This document shows positions 45,735 through 57,789 of a DNA stretch of 61,048 nucleotides, piece after piece. Made by a program: the position numbers and the translations under genes. This DNA is from an uncultured Ectothiorhodospiraceae bacterium (GTDB lineage Bacteria > Pseudomonadota > Gammaproteobacteria > S012-40): assembly GCA_964636675.1 (NCBI GenBank), contig CAZWUO010000003.1, positions 1 to 61,048 of the forward strand, in the 5' to 3' direction. Within the stretch, counting starts at the first letter, position 1. Each line of letters begins with the position of its first letter. The notes under the pieces were generated by a model, which was given only the letters and a program-made list of their open reading frames with translations, had not been told where the DNA came from and ran no database searches.

Positions 45735-45793
45735 GCCCATCGTTCTGTGCCTATAGTTTGCAATGGGTTAAAGAGCACACATACTCTTTTTGA

Positions 45794-46216
45794 CTACGAC
45801 TCAGGTGCCCCGTTGCTAATCCAGTCGCGAACTATATCTATCGCAGACTGTGGCAGCGCAGAACTGTTTCTTGGCATCCTACCGACTGCCGCCGCATTTC
45901 CTTCTAAGGCATCAATTAAGTAGCTATTATCAGGATCACCGGGATCAATACGTGGTATCGAAGGATTTCTGCTACTGGAAACATTAAACAACGATGCATA
46001 AGCATTATCAGCATCCAGCTTAAGACCCAGAGGCGCACTATCTCCGATGTGACAGCCCGATATCGCACAAGTTGGCGTAAACAATTTTGCTTGTATAGAA
46101 GCATAATCGGCTGTCATACTGCTCAAGCTATTATCAGATTCATCAGATGCGCAACCGGTGAAAAAAATACAGATTAGAAAACCAGTTCTTAATAACATTA
46201 ATATCCTCTCCCACAA
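45794..46216 (-). CDS. Lipoprotein with atypical CX4CH haem-binding-like motif
   Basis: Lipobox FTGC; CAISGCH; PGDPDNSYL; GRMP; IVRDWISNGA. Confidence 0.7.
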   Translation of the reverse strand: MWERILMLLRTGFLICIFFTGCASDESDNSLSSMTADYASIQAKLFTPTCAISGCHIGDSAPLGLKLDADNAYASLFNVSSSRNPSIPRIDPGDPDNSYLIDALEGNAAAVGRMPRNSSALPQSAIDIVRDWISNGAPES

Positions 46217-46303
46217 TTATGGACAAACTAAAAACTAAACCACCACTCGGTTAATAAGGGGTTTCATCAAAAATATAACCAAGCGAGTCTCTAGCATTAT
46301 TCC

Positions 46304-48190
<1,887 letters not shown>

Positions 48191-48233
48191 TTATTATATA
48201 ATTTTACGATAATATGTAAAAAGGCAGAAAAAA

Positions 48234-48392
48234 GCTGCCTCCCTACGCTGGTTCTAACCAGATCAGGTTTTAATCTAAGAACCCAACAGGGTTCTCTAGA
48301 TTTAAGGGTATATCTCAGCCTATCTCAAGCATCCATATAACAATCAGACAAAAAACTCATCTTATGCAAGGCTTTTAGGCACCCCTGGTAGC
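48234..48392 (-). promoter_or_regulatory. TPP riboswitch upstream of thiC
   Basis: GGGGTGCC...GGCTGAGA..ACCC...AACCTGATCTGGTTA..ACCAGCGTAGGGA; downstream CTGCCTT can pair with AAGGCAG over the RBS. Confidence 0.93.
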
Positions 48393-48632
48393 CGTCAAAC
48401 CATAACACACAATAGCCAGGCTGGATACGCCAGTAAAAAACATGTCAAAACTCATAATTACTCGCCAAGCGCGGTTTTTTGCGGGATTTCGTTACGCCTA
48501 TAACCAACGTGTTTACATACGTGACCACACCTCTATTAGGAAAATAGTTGCCTATTTACCACAAAGTGCTTAATCTGTTGCGTTCTTACTATGTATAGAA
48601 ATGAACAATCCTTATTGATAGGCGTTTAAATA

Positions 48633-49301
48633 ATGAGCAGCAAGAACCTTGATCTAAACCTCGCTAGATTTAATATGGTTGAACAACAAATTCGAACCTG
48701 GGACGTACTTGATCTAGATGTACTCGATTTACTTCAGAACACTCCACGGGAGAATTTTGTACCAGAAAAATACAAAAATGTTGCTTACTCTGAAATTGAA
48801 ATACCGTTAGATCATGGCGTTAAAATGCTCTCACCGATGATTCAAGGCCATCTTTTGCAAGCTCTAGATGTGAAAAATACTGATGTAGTGCTTGAAATTG
48901 GCACTGGCACAGGTTATGTGGCGGCGATGCTCGCCAAAGCAGCGCAACATGTTTACTGTGTAGACTTCTATGGGGATATGCTGCTCATCGCAACAGAAAA
49001 CCTTAAAAATCTAGGAATTAAAAACTTTACCACTGCAGAGCGAGAGGCATCTCAAGGTTGGGAAGAGCGCGGCCCTTATAATGCTATTGCGGTCAATGGA
49101 TCCATGAAAGAAATACCACAAACGCTTAAAGAACAACTAAAAATCGGTGGACGATTATTTGTTATAGAAGGCGAAGCACCCACAATGCTAAGCAAACTCA
49201 TTACGCGTACCGACGCTAATCAATGGGAGGAACATGTGTTGTTTGAAACGAATGTTTCGGCATTGCTAAATTGTGGAGCGACTCCAAAATTTGTTTTTTA
49301 A
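48633..49301 (+). CDS. pcm: Protein-L-isoaspartate O-methyltransferase family protein
   Basis: ARFNMVEQQIRTWDV, PRENFVP, VLEIGTGTGY, QLKIGGRL. Confidence 0.92.
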   Translation: MSSKNLDLNLARFNMVEQQIRTWDVLDLDVLDLLQNTPRENFVPEKYKNVAYSEIEIPLDHGVKMLSPMIQGHLLQALDVKNTDVVLEIGTGTGYVAAMLAKAAQHVYCVDFYGDMLLIATENLKNLGIKNFTTAEREASQGWEERGPYNAIAVNGSMKEIPQTLKEQLKIGGRLFVIEGEAPTMLSKLITRTDANQWEEHVLFETNVSALLNCGATPKFVF

Positions 49302-49320
49302 TTAAGTTCTCTGCATTGAT

Positions 49321-49638
49321 ATGCAGCATATGCCCCCTAAAGAACTCAAAGGTTTTCTCGCCAATGAGGAAGTGGTAATAATTGATGTTAGGGAAGAATG
49401 GGAATTCGATATTTGTAAAATTGCAGACAATAGCATCAATATCCCAATGGAAAAACTTCAAGAACACATCCACAAACTCGATTCGAATAACACTTACGTC
49501 ATGGTCTGTCATCACGGAATCAGAAGCCTACAAATGGCCTATTATTTAGAGCAATCAGGGTTTAGCCATATTATAAATCTCTCTGGAGGCGTTGCAGCTT
49601 GGGCAAATGAAGTTGATCCTGATATGGCACGTTATTAA
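49321..49638 (+). CDS. Rhodanese-domain protein
   Basis: DVREEWEF, CHHGIRS, NLSGGVAAW. Confidence 0.92.
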   Translation: MQHMPPKELKGFLANEEVVIIDVREEWEFDICKIADNSINIPMEKLQEHIHKLDSNNTYVMVCHHGIRSLQMAYYLEQSGFSHIINLSGGVAAWANEVDPDMARY

Positions 49639-49654
49639 CGGAACTCGCTGCCTC

Positions 49655-50992
49655 GTGAACCCCTTCACACGTAAGCACCTCCACCACCTAAGCATTTTTA
49701 TCATCTTATGTATTAGCAGCAAATTTATTTATGCAACCAATCTGCTTGATAGCTTTCAACAAGCCCTGAAATACGACCCTGAATTTAAAGCCGCTGAAGC
49801 CATCCGAAACGCTGCGGGCGAATTGAAAAAACAAAGTTTTGCTAATTTTCTACCCTCTATTTCTGCCAATGCAAGTGCTGGCCAAACCAATCAAAAACTC
49901 GATAAATCAGCATTTATCCCTAACAATCAGCTGGGCGAGCATTCTTTCACTGATGCCGCATTTTCTCTCGTATTAAACCAGCCCATTATTAACTGGCAAA
50001 CATTTCAGTTACACAAATCAGCAAACGCAAAACAAACAAAATCAGAAGTGGACTACCGTATTGCACAACAAAATCTGCTTTACCGAGTTGCTGCAGCATA
50101 CTTTAACGTACTGTTAAAAAAAGAAGAACTCGCTTTTATACGCGAGGAAAAAAAAGCGATAAATATACAGCTCCAGCTGACAAAAAAGCATTATGATCTC
50201 GGCGGTATTGCCATAACGGAGGTGCATGAAGCATCTGCACGGCTTGATCTCGCTTCTGCCGCCGAAATCATGTTAGCAACAGCTCTACAAATAACAGAAT
50301 CCAATTTGCAAAATATTACACGTTCGGAAACACACAAACTCAAGTTTTTAAAAACTGTGATCCCGCTTGTCCCACCCTCACCACCGAGTATCAACGACTG
50401 GGTTAACGCCGCAAAAGTGCAAAATCTAAATATCGCTGCAGCGCAGTTACAGTCTGACATCGCCAAATTAAAGATCGAAGAAATTCGGGCCAAACGTTTA
50501 CCCACCGTCGATTTAACAACTGTCCTAGCATACAATAATCGAGGTGGCCCTTATCGAGAAGAACGCCAGGAAAGCAAGGTCAGTCTTGACTTGAGCTTAC
50601 CTTTATTTAGTGGAAATCGCATCAGCTCAGAAATTAGACAAGCTCTTTTTTTGTATGACGCTGCGAATCAACATACTGAAGCCGTCGAACGTGTTGCGTT
50701 AGGGCAAACTCGATCAGCCTACTTGAAAGTCATTGCTGCAATGAGCTTTATTAAAGCCATTCGCCAGGCAATAAAATCGACGGAAAAAGCACTCAATGCG
50801 ATAAAAGCTGGCTTTGAAGTAGGGGCAAAATCGACTAAAGATGTACTCGATGCACAAAAATCACTTTACCGTAATAAACGCGAACACGCTCAAGCACGCC
50901 ATGATTATGTATTAAATACGTTTAAACTTAAAATGTCGGCGGGTCTGCTAAGCATAAATGACTTGGAACACGTGAATGCCTGGTTAGAATAA
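49655..50992 (+). CDS. tolC: TolC-family outer membrane channel
   Basis: LPSIS, LNQPI, AYFNVL, LPTVDL, PLFSG, GFEVG..S..DVLDAQ; pcm-rhodanese-tolC order; start approximate. Confidence 0.88.
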   Translation: MNPFTRKHLHHLSIFIILCISSKFIYATNLLDSFQQALKYDPEFKAAEAIRNAAGELKKQSFANFLPSISANASAGQTNQKLDKSAFIPNNQLGEHSFTDAAFSLVLNQPIINWQTFQLHKSANAKQTKSEVDYRIAQQNLLYRVAAAYFNVLLKKEELAFIREEKKAINIQLQLTKKHYDLGGIAITEVHEASARLDLASAAEIMLATALQITESNLQNITRSETHKLKFLKTVIPLVPPSPPSINDWVNAAKVQNLNIAAAQLQSDIAKLKIEEIRAKRLPTVDLTTVLAYNNRGGPYREERQESKVSLDLSLPLFSGNRISSEIRQALFLYDAANQHTEAVERVALGQTRSAYLKVIAAMSFIKAIRQAIKSTEKALNAIKAGFEVGAKSTKDVLDAQKSLYRNKREHAQARHDYVLNTFKLKMSAGLLSINDLEHVNAWLE

Positions 50993-51021
50993 TCCAGTTG
51001 CTTTTTCTTGGGTAATCAAGC

Positions 51022-51576
51022 TCAAGCTTCAAAAGCTTCGCACAAAAAGTGCAACAAAAATATATGGCTCTCTTGAATACGCGATGTTCTTTGGCCATCA
51101 ACAATAATGGCTATATCCACAAGCGATGCAATACGCCCCCCTTTTCTACCGAGCAAACCAAGCGTTTTAATATTCATTTGTTTGGCTTGCGCCACAACAC
51201 GACACAAGTTAGCGGACTCGCCAGATGTGCTAATGACCAACAAGACATCACCCTCTTGCCCTAGAGACTCCAATTGTCGTGAGAAAACATGCTCAAAACC
51301 GTAGTCGTTACCAATTGCGGTAAGTGCGGATGAATCTGTCGTTAACGCCACCGCCGGATAGCCTTTACGATCTCTTTCAAAGCGTCCGGTTAACTCTGAT
51401 GCAAAGTGTTGCGCATCTGCGGCAGACCCACCATTGCCACAAACATAAACCGTGCGCTTATTTGCAAAACACGCCGCTAATAATTCAATCACTGCTTGCA
51501 AGCGATCTTCTAGAAAACCTAACTGGTCAATAACGGCATGGTGCTCAACAATGGCCTCTGCCAACTTAATAGACAT
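51022..51576 (-). CDS. gmhA: Phosphoheptose isomerase
   Basis: CGNGGSAADAQHFASEL, NDYG, ISTSG, RIQESH. Confidence 0.93.
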   Translation of the reverse strand: MSIKLAEAIVEHHAVIDQLGFLEDRLQAVIELLAACFANKRTVYVCGNGGSAADAQHFASELTGRFERDRKGYPAVALTTDSSALTAIGNDYGFEHVFSRQLESLGQEGDVLLVISTSGESANLCRVVAQAKQMNIKTLGLLGRKGGRIASLVDIAIIVDGQRTSRIQESHIFLLHFLCEAFEA

Positions 51577-51646
51577 TCTTACTCCCGAACAAATAAGCTA
51601 CAATACTGACATTATCACACTTAAAGCTAATCCTTTCGCAAAATTA

Positions 51647-52561
51647 ATGACTCCACCCAATAAAACTAAACTCTTGCAACCCAAATTTTGGCCTATTTGG
51701 TTCGCCATTTTTTGCATGCGACTAACCGTAATGGCGCCACAAGCTATCCGCATGAAACTCGGTGCTGGCATGGGTTATGTGCTCTACATTTTCAGTAAAA
51801 AAAGAAGAGCGATAGCAAATATCAATTTGCAGCTCTGTTTTCCCGACAACAATGCTGAGTGGCGAAATAACGTTATCAAAAATCATTTTAAATCGCTTGG
51901 CCAAGCGATTTATGAAACGGCCATGACCTGGTGGCTGGCTGATTCGAAACTAGCTCCACTAATAAAAATTGAAGGTATCGAGCATTTAGAAAAGGCGCTT
52001 ACCAAAGACAAAGGTATTATTCTGTTAAGCGCGCATTTTAATTGCTTAGAATTAGGCGTCAGAGCACTACATATTAAAATTGGTAAACAAATTGCGCCAG
52101 TTTACCAAAAAAATAAAAACCCTTTGTTGGATCTCATCATTAATAAAGGCCGTTTAAACCATGCCACCACCATCATTGAGCGCAATGAAGTCCGTACGAT
52201 AATTCGCACTCTAAAACAAAAGAAGTTAATTTGGTACGCACCGGATCAAGCTTACAGTGAAAAAAATAGTGGCATAGTCCCATTTTTTGGACAACCCGCA
52301 ATGAGCAATATGGCAACCCCTCGATTAGCAAGTTTGGGTAACGCTAGCGTTATACCCATGTTTATTCGACAAAATGAGAACCAAACGGGTTATATTATTA
52401 CAATAGCACCGGAGTTAGATAATTATCCCAGCGATGACCCAGTAACAGACACTCAACGATTCCATCATCTGTTAGAAAAAGAGATCGAAAAATCTCCTCA
52501 TCAATATTTATGGGTGCACAAACGATTTAAACGCAGAGCCAATTTACATGATGTTTATTAA
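51647..52561 (+). CDS. lpxL: Lipid A late acyltransferase (LpxL/HtrB family)
   Basis: PKFWPIW, AHFNCLE, WYAPDQ, VPFFG, QYLWVHKRFK. Confidence 0.88.
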   Translation: MTPPNKTKLLQPKFWPIWFAIFCMRLTVMAPQAIRMKLGAGMGYVLYIFSKKRRAIANINLQLCFPDNNAEWRNNVIKNHFKSLGQAIYETAMTWWLADSKLAPLIKIEGIEHLEKALTKDKGIILLSAHFNCLELGVRALHIKIGKQIAPVYQKNKNPLLDLIINKGRLNHATTIIERNEVRTIIRTLKQKKLIWYAPDQAYSEKNSGIVPFFGQPAMSNMATPRLASLGNASVIPMFIRQNENQTGYIITIAPELDNYPSDDPVTDTQRFHHLLEKEIEKSPHQYLWVHKRFKRRANLHDVY

Positions 52562-52647
52562 GGAATAACAACTTCCATGTTTAAACTCTGTATTGTCATT
52601 TGCTTTGCCTTGTTCTCATTCTTGCTTTCTAAATGATCAAAAATCCC

Positions 52648-53268
52648 CTAGCTTTCTTTTTTAACCAAGAAATTAATAACCTTAATCGTATTCGCATTCC
52701 CACCAGTCATTCTATTCGATACCAAATATTTTCCATTAACAATAATCGCGGGCACACCTCTTAAGCCATATCGACTCGCCAACGTCTTTGCTCTTTTAAT
52801 TCGAGTTTCCACTGCAAATGAACGAAAAGTTTTGGTGAATTCTATTTTATCAACACCATGCTCAGCGAAGAAATCTCTCAGCGCTTCTTGAGTATCTAGT
52901 TTTCTTTTTTGCAAATGAAGCGCGTCGAATAATGGTTGATGAACTTTGTCAAATACACCCAATAACTGCGAAGTATAAAAGGCGCGTGCGTGTACTTCCC
53001 AGTCTGCTCTTAATACACCCGGTAATCTCACGAACTCAGCATTCTCAGGTTTTCTTTTTAACCATCGCTCTATGTAGGGTTCGAAACGAAAGCAATGTGG
53101 GCAGCCATACCAGAATACTTCTAGCACCTCTACTTTGCCTTTTGTGCTCGTCGGCTGAGGAGCTGATAGCCGCTCATAGTGCACACCTTCTTTATATTCC
53201 TCGGCGAACACTGGCATGGTAAAAGCCAGGGAAAAAACCACTAAGGTGACTAAACGAAAAACACGCAT
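52648..53268 (-). CDS. dsbA: Thiol:disulfide oxidoreductase DsbA
   Basis: Signal peptide, FWYGCPHC, GVPAIIVNGKY. Confidence 0.95.
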   Translation of the reverse strand: MRVFRLVTLVVFSLAFTMPVFAEEYKEGVHYERLSAPQPTSTKGKVEVLEVFWYGCPHCFRFEPYIERWLKRKPENAEFVRLPGVLRADWEVHARAFYTSQLLGVFDKVHQPLFDALHLQKRKLDTQEALRDFFAEHGVDKIEFTKTFRSFAVETRIKRAKTLASRYGLRGVPAIIVNGKYLVSNRMTGGNANTIKVINFLVKKES

Positions 53269-53473
53269 GCTAAAAAACCCCCTGTAAACGGTACAAACTA
53301 GGTGAATAATAAACTATTTGGTATTATACCTGGATCCTGACACTATCCGCAGGATCTTAATAATATTGATGTAGAACACATTTCTGGAATAATCCAGTGA
53401 CCAGCATCCGGTATAAATATATACGAAATAAACCACATTCCATAATAAATTCCGCAAAAATAGGCCTTAAAAC

Positions 53474-53962
53474 ATGACTTCAGATAAAATTAATTTAGTA
53501 GACTTACTTAAACAACAGCGCTTATGCGACTCACTCACCGTAAAAGAAGTTCAACTTTTCCTCGATTATACCGAGGTTCTTACCTATAAAAAAAATGAAA
53601 TTATCGCTGATATTGGAGAAATAGGTGACTCTTTATTTTTTCTTATTCAAGGTAAAGCAGGCCTATTTCACGATGAAGGAACCGGTGAAACGATAGTAGG
53701 CACAATTCACGAAGGTGAATTGATGGGAGAAATGTCATTTTTTGACATGGAACCACGTTCCGTGAGAATGAAAGCTTTGGATTCTAATACCAAGCTGCTA
53801 ACCCTCTCCCGAAAAATGTATACACGCCTACGCGTTGAACACCCTTATATAGCGGTAAATTTATTAGAACACGCCATTGTAAGCCTAGACCACTTATTCA
53901 GAAGAGTGAGTTCAGATGTCGCTACTTTTTCTACTTATTTGTACGGAAAAGGCAAACGTTAA
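53474..53962 (+). CDS. Stand-alone cyclic-nucleotide-binding domain protein
   Basis: GEIGDSLFF, GELMGEMSFFD..PRS. Confidence 0.85.
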   Translation: MTSDKINLVDLLKQQRLCDSLTVKEVQLFLDYTEVLTYKKNEIIADIGEIGDSLFFLIQGKAGLFHDEGTGETIVGTIHEGELMGEMSFFDMEPRSVRMKALDSNTKLLTLSRKMYTRLRVEHPYIAVNLLEHAIVSLDHLFRRVSSDVATFSTYLYGKGKR

Positions 53963-53968
53963 TCACCA

Positions 53969-54589
53969 ATGCTGTCTCCCACACAAAAAGTATTACGTAC
54001 GGCACGTTTCACCATGGCTGCTGCGGAACCAAAACAATTGCTCAACGATCAAGGCTTGGAAATCGCCTTTGCAGGGCGCTCAAACGCTGGCAAATCCAGT
54101 GCGATTAACGCAATAACCGGCAGACCCTCACTGGCGAGAACGAGTAAAACACCGGGACGTACCCAGCAAATCATTTTTTTTGAATTAGATGAGGCGCGTC
54201 GTCTTGTTGATCTGCCTGGCTACGGTTTTGCCAAGGTACCCAACAGAATCAAAAAACATTGGCGCACGCTGATGGCGGGCTATTTTACAAATCGCGTAGC
54301 GTTACAAGGCTTAATCTTACTTATGGATATTCGTCATCCATTACGCGACGAAGATATTCAGATGATTGACTGGTGTGTAGACACACAAACACCGTTGCAC
54401 ATATTGTTAACCAAGTCTGACAAACTCAGTAAAGGCGCCGCCGCCAACCAGCTTCAGAAAGTAAAAAAAGAACTTGAGAACTTAGGCTTTGAAGGTGCAT
54501 CAATGCAATTGTTTTCCTCGCTAAAAAAAACAGGGCTTGTAGCAACCTTAGACATCATGACCGAATGGCTAAATATTCCTCATGAATAA
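53969..54589 (+). CDS. engB: Ribosome biogenesis GTPase YihA/EngB
   Basis: AGRSNAGKSS, SKTPGRTQ, DLPGYG, LTKSDKL. Confidence 0.96.
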   Translation: MLSPTQKVLRTARFTMAAAEPKQLLNDQGLEIAFAGRSNAGKSSAINAITGRPSLARTSKTPGRTQQIIFFELDEARRLVDLPGYGFAKVPNRIKKHWRTLMAGYFTNRVALQGLILLMDIRHPLRDEDIQMIDWCVDTQTPLHILLTKSDKLSKGAAANQLQKVKKELENLGFEGASMQLFSSLKKTGLVATLDIMTEWLNIPHE

Positions 54590-54612
54590 AAATTATCCCG
54601 GAATTTTTGATT

Positions 54613-54735
54613 AAAAAAAACCCCAGTGGGAGAAACACCAGGGCTTTCAAGATACCCGATTCTGGGTAAATCGGGCTATATGAGTTACCCCTCTCTGGGA
54701 GGAGGAGAGGGGAAAGTAGCAAAAACACCTACTTG
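54613..54735 (-). ncRNA. Putative ~120-nt sRNA downstream of polA with three C-rich-loop hairpins
   Basis: Hairpins at 54688-54712, 54655-54675 and 54621-54643, then U8; sigmaE-type promoter upstream; polA-engB position. Confidence 0.75.
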
Positions 54736-54740
54736 TAAAT

Positions 54741-54768
54741 ATTGACTCACTCCATTCACATTAGTTCC
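54741..54768 (-). promoter_or_regulatory. sigmaE (RpoE/AlgU)-type promoter
   Basis: GGAACT-N16-GTCAAT on the minus strand. Confidence 0.7.
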
Positions 54769-54828
54769 AGTGAATTCATTTTCTAAAATAAATCTTTCGT
54801 AAGTCCAAATATTTCATGAATTGTCGGA

Positions 54829-57609
54829 TTAGTGGGCCTCATCCCAGTTATCTCCAACGCCATGATCAACAATCAATGGCACCGATAGGGATGCCGCGTG
54901 CTGCATGCGATGACTAATTTCTATTACCGAACTATCAATACTACTTGCTTTAATTTCAAACACCAGTTCATCGTGAACCTGCATAATAAGCCTAAGCTCT
55001 GGCGATTCTTGCTGAATCCATTGATCGACTGAAATCATCGCTTGCTTAATAATATCAGCAGCACTACCTTGCATGGGTGCATTGATGGCCGTTCTTTCCG
55101 CATACTGCCTGCGTTGGTGATTTGAGGCATTGATATCCGGTAAATAAAGCCGACGCCCAAACAAGGTCTCTACATAGCCTTTTTCGCGTGCAATTTCTCG
55201 CGTGTTATCCATGTAAACTTTAACCCCCGGATACTCGTCAAAGTATTGATTAATATAAGCTTGTGCTTTTTTTCTCTCTATTCCAAGCTGCTTGCCTAAG
55301 CCAAACGCTGACATTCCGTAAATCAAGCCAAAGTTTACCGCTTTAGCATGCCGACGCTGCTCGGAGGACACCTGTTCTGGCAAGATATTCATGATTTGCG
55401 CAGCAGTGATGCGATGAATATCTTCTCCATTATTAAAAGCTTGCAGTAGGCGCTGGTCTTGGGAAAGATGCGCCATTATCCTGAGTTCAATTTGCGAATA
55501 ATCCGCAGCAAGTATTTTATATCCTGGAGCGGCGATAAAAGCCTGGCGAATACGTCGCCCTTCTGCGGTTCTTATCGGAATATTTTGCAAATTTGGATCG
55601 GAAGATGATAAACGCCCGGTTGCCGCAACCGCCTGATGATAAGAAGTATGCACTCTTCCTGTCACATCACTGATCTGTAAAGGCAGTTTGTCGACATACG
55701 TGGATAACAATTTACTCAAACCTCGATGCTCAAGAAGTATACGTGGCAATGGATAGTCCAAAGCGAGCTCTTGCAACACATCTTCTGCAGTAGACGGCTG
55801 GCCTTTTGGGGTTTTCTTAATAATAGGCAGACGCTGATCTTCAAATAATATTTTCTGGATTTGTTTGGGTGAGGCCAAATTAAAACACTCGCCCGCTAAA
55901 ACATGCGCTTCATCAACGAGGGCTTTCAGTTTAGTACTTAACTCTACGCTCTGCAGGGCAAGCAAATCTTTGTCAATGAGCACACCATTGAGTTCCATAC
56001 GCGATAAAACTGCAATTAGCGGCAATTCGAATTCAGAAAATATTTTGCTCAGACTTTCTTGCTGTTTTAGTTGAGTCCACATAACATGATGCAAACGCAA
56101 GGTAATATCTGCGTCTTCAGCAGCGTAAGGCCCCGCTTGCTCGATAGCGACTTGATTAAAGCTTAGCTGTTTAGCTCCTTTACCCGCCACATCTTCGAAA
56201 TGGATCGTTTTATGACCTAAATATTTTAATGCCAAAGTATCCATGTCATGTCTTGAGCCTACGCTATTCAACACATAAGACTCGAGCATAGTGTCAAATT
56301 CTATCCCGGCAAGGTGAATATCATAACGCGCCAATACGTTCATATCATATTTTAGATTCTGTCCCACTTTTTTGTAACGAGCATTTTCTAATACAGGTTT
56401 TAATGCCTGTAAAACAAAGCTTCGATCTAATTGCTCAGGTGCTTCTGCATAATCATGCCCGCAGGGAACATACGCTGCCTCACCTTCTGCGATTGAAAAT
56501 GAGACACCCACAATTTCCGCCACGATGTAATCCAGACTCGTTGTTTCTGTATCGAAAGCAAACAGTGCTGCGTTCTTTAAGCGCGTTAGCCAAGCCGTAA
56601 ACTCTTCTTTAGAAGTAACGATTTGGTAATTGCTTTTTTGATCAGGCGTCTTTTGTTGCTCGCTAACCGATTCAAGCTGATCGCTTTTGTCGCTATTTGG
56701 ATCTGTTGAATTAAGACCATTCTGCGGCGTAAGAATATTATTGTCGCTGAGCAATTCTCGCAGCCAACGCTTAAACTCGTAAAGTTGAAAATATGTTTTC
56801 AATGCCTCCGTATCAGGTCGAGAAAGCTTGAGCTGGTTAATATTGACGGATAACTCTACATCGCATTTAATTCGAGCCAAGGTTTGTGACAGTGGAATAC
56901 TCGTTAGAGTTGCGCGTAAATTTTCACCCACTTTGCCTTTAATTTCATCCGCTCGCGCCATAATCTCCGCAAGACTGCCGTATTCCCTTAACCACTTAAC
57001 CGCCGTTTTTGGCCCTACTTTGGGAACGCCTGGTATATTGTCTGAGCTATCGCCTACCAAGGCTAAATAATCAACGATATGCTCCGGACCTATCCCAAAT
57101 TTTTCATTGACCCCCGCTACGTCCATCAATGTATCTGTCATCGTGTTAATCAAAGTAACCCGTGAATTAACAAGCTGTGCAAGGTCTTTATCGCCGGTTG
57201 AAATGATTACGTCCCTATCGATCTCACATGCTTGTTTTGCCAACGTTCCAATCACATCATCTGCCTCAACTCCGACGACCGAAAGAATGGGAAAACCCAT
57301 CGCCATTAAGATTTTGTTGATTGGTTCAATTTGAACCGTAAGATCAACCGGCATTGGCGGCCTGTTCGCTTTATATTCTGCATACAAATCATCACGAAAA
57401 GTCTTTCCTTTCGCATCAAATACGACCAGCATCTCATCGGGAGCATAATCTTTAAGCAATTTTTTGAGCATGTTAACCACACCATAAATTGCGCCAGTGG
57501 GCTGCCCTTGAGCATTCGATAAATTCGGCATACCGTGATAGGCACGATACAAATATGACGAACCGTCAACCAGTATAATGGGCTTGTTAGTGAGTTTTAT
57601 TTGATCCAT
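54829..57609 (-). CDS. polA: DNA polymerase I
   Basis: DGSSYLYRAYH, EADDVIG, FDTET, DYSQIELR, AKAVNFGLIYG, QVHDEL. Confidence 0.98.
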   Translation of the reverse strand: MDQIKLTNKPIILVDGSSYLYRAYHGMPNLSNAQGQPTGAIYGVVNMLKKLLKDYAPDEMLVVFDAKGKTFRDDLYAEYKANRPPMPVDLTVQIEPINKILMAMGFPILSVVGVEADDVIGTLAKQACEIDRDVIISTGDKDLAQLVNSRVTLINTMTDTLMDVAGVNEKFGIGPEHIVDYLALVGDSSDNIPGVPKVGPKTAVKWLREYGSLAEIMARADEIKGKVGENLRATLTSIPLSQTLARIKCDVELSVNINQLKLSRPDTEALKTYFQLYEFKRWLRELLSDNNILTPQNGLNSTDPNSDKSDQLESVSEQQKTPDQKSNYQIVTSKEEFTAWLTRLKNAALFAFDTETTSLDYIVAEIVGVSFSIAEGEAAYVPCGHDYAEAPEQLDRSFVLQALKPVLENARYKKVGQNLKYDMNVLARYDIHLAGIEFDTMLESYVLNSVGSRHDMDTLALKYLGHKTIHFEDVAGKGAKQLSFNQVAIEQAGPYAAEDADITLRLHHVMWTQLKQQESLSKIFSEFELPLIAVLSRMELNGVLIDKDLLALQSVELSTKLKALVDEAHVLAGECFNLASPKQIQKILFEDQRLPIIKKTPKGQPSTAEDVLQELALDYPLPRILLEHRGLSKLLSTYVDKLPLQISDVTGRVHTSYHQAVAATGRLSSSDPNLQNIPIRTAEGRRIRQAFIAAPGYKILAADYSQIELRIMAHLSQDQRLLQAFNNGEDIHRITAAQIMNILPEQVSSEQRRHAKAVNFGLIYGMSAFGLGKQLGIERKKAQAYINQYFDEYPGVKVYMDNTREIAREKGYVETLFGRRLYLPDINASNHQRRQYAERTAINAPMQGSAADIIKQAMISVDQWIQQESPELRLIMQVHDELVFEIKASSIDSSVIEISHRMQHAASLSVPLIVDHGVGDNWDEAH

Positions 57610-57658
57610 GATTCTTCCGTACGTCAATAGGCTCTGAGCTAATCATGGTATCAGATTA

Positions 57659-57776
57659 TCCTAGAATCCGCAGTTGAGCGCTCACACGAGGGATAACTTG
57701 TTGTAATGCATGTTATAACAGTGAGCTGGGAGTTTCACCACTATCGGGTGAGCTTGTCCAACGGCGGATTCTAGGA
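57659..57776. mobile_element. MITE-like element, copy 2 (118 bp)
   Basis: TCCTAGAATCCGCAGTTG ... CAACGGCGGATTCTAGGA; TTA on both flanks; same TIR as copy 1. Confidence 0.75.
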
Positions 57777-57789
57777 TTATAATCAGGTT

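Noticed and set aside
53333-53357. Hairpin GATCCTG...CAGGATC between dsbA and the cNMP gene
   Set aside because: Single 7-bp stem with no tail or second copy; not enough evidence
54613-54735. Naming the sRNA Spot 42 (spf)
   Set aside because: Position matches, but beyond a GUAGG near the 5' end I see no sequence similarity
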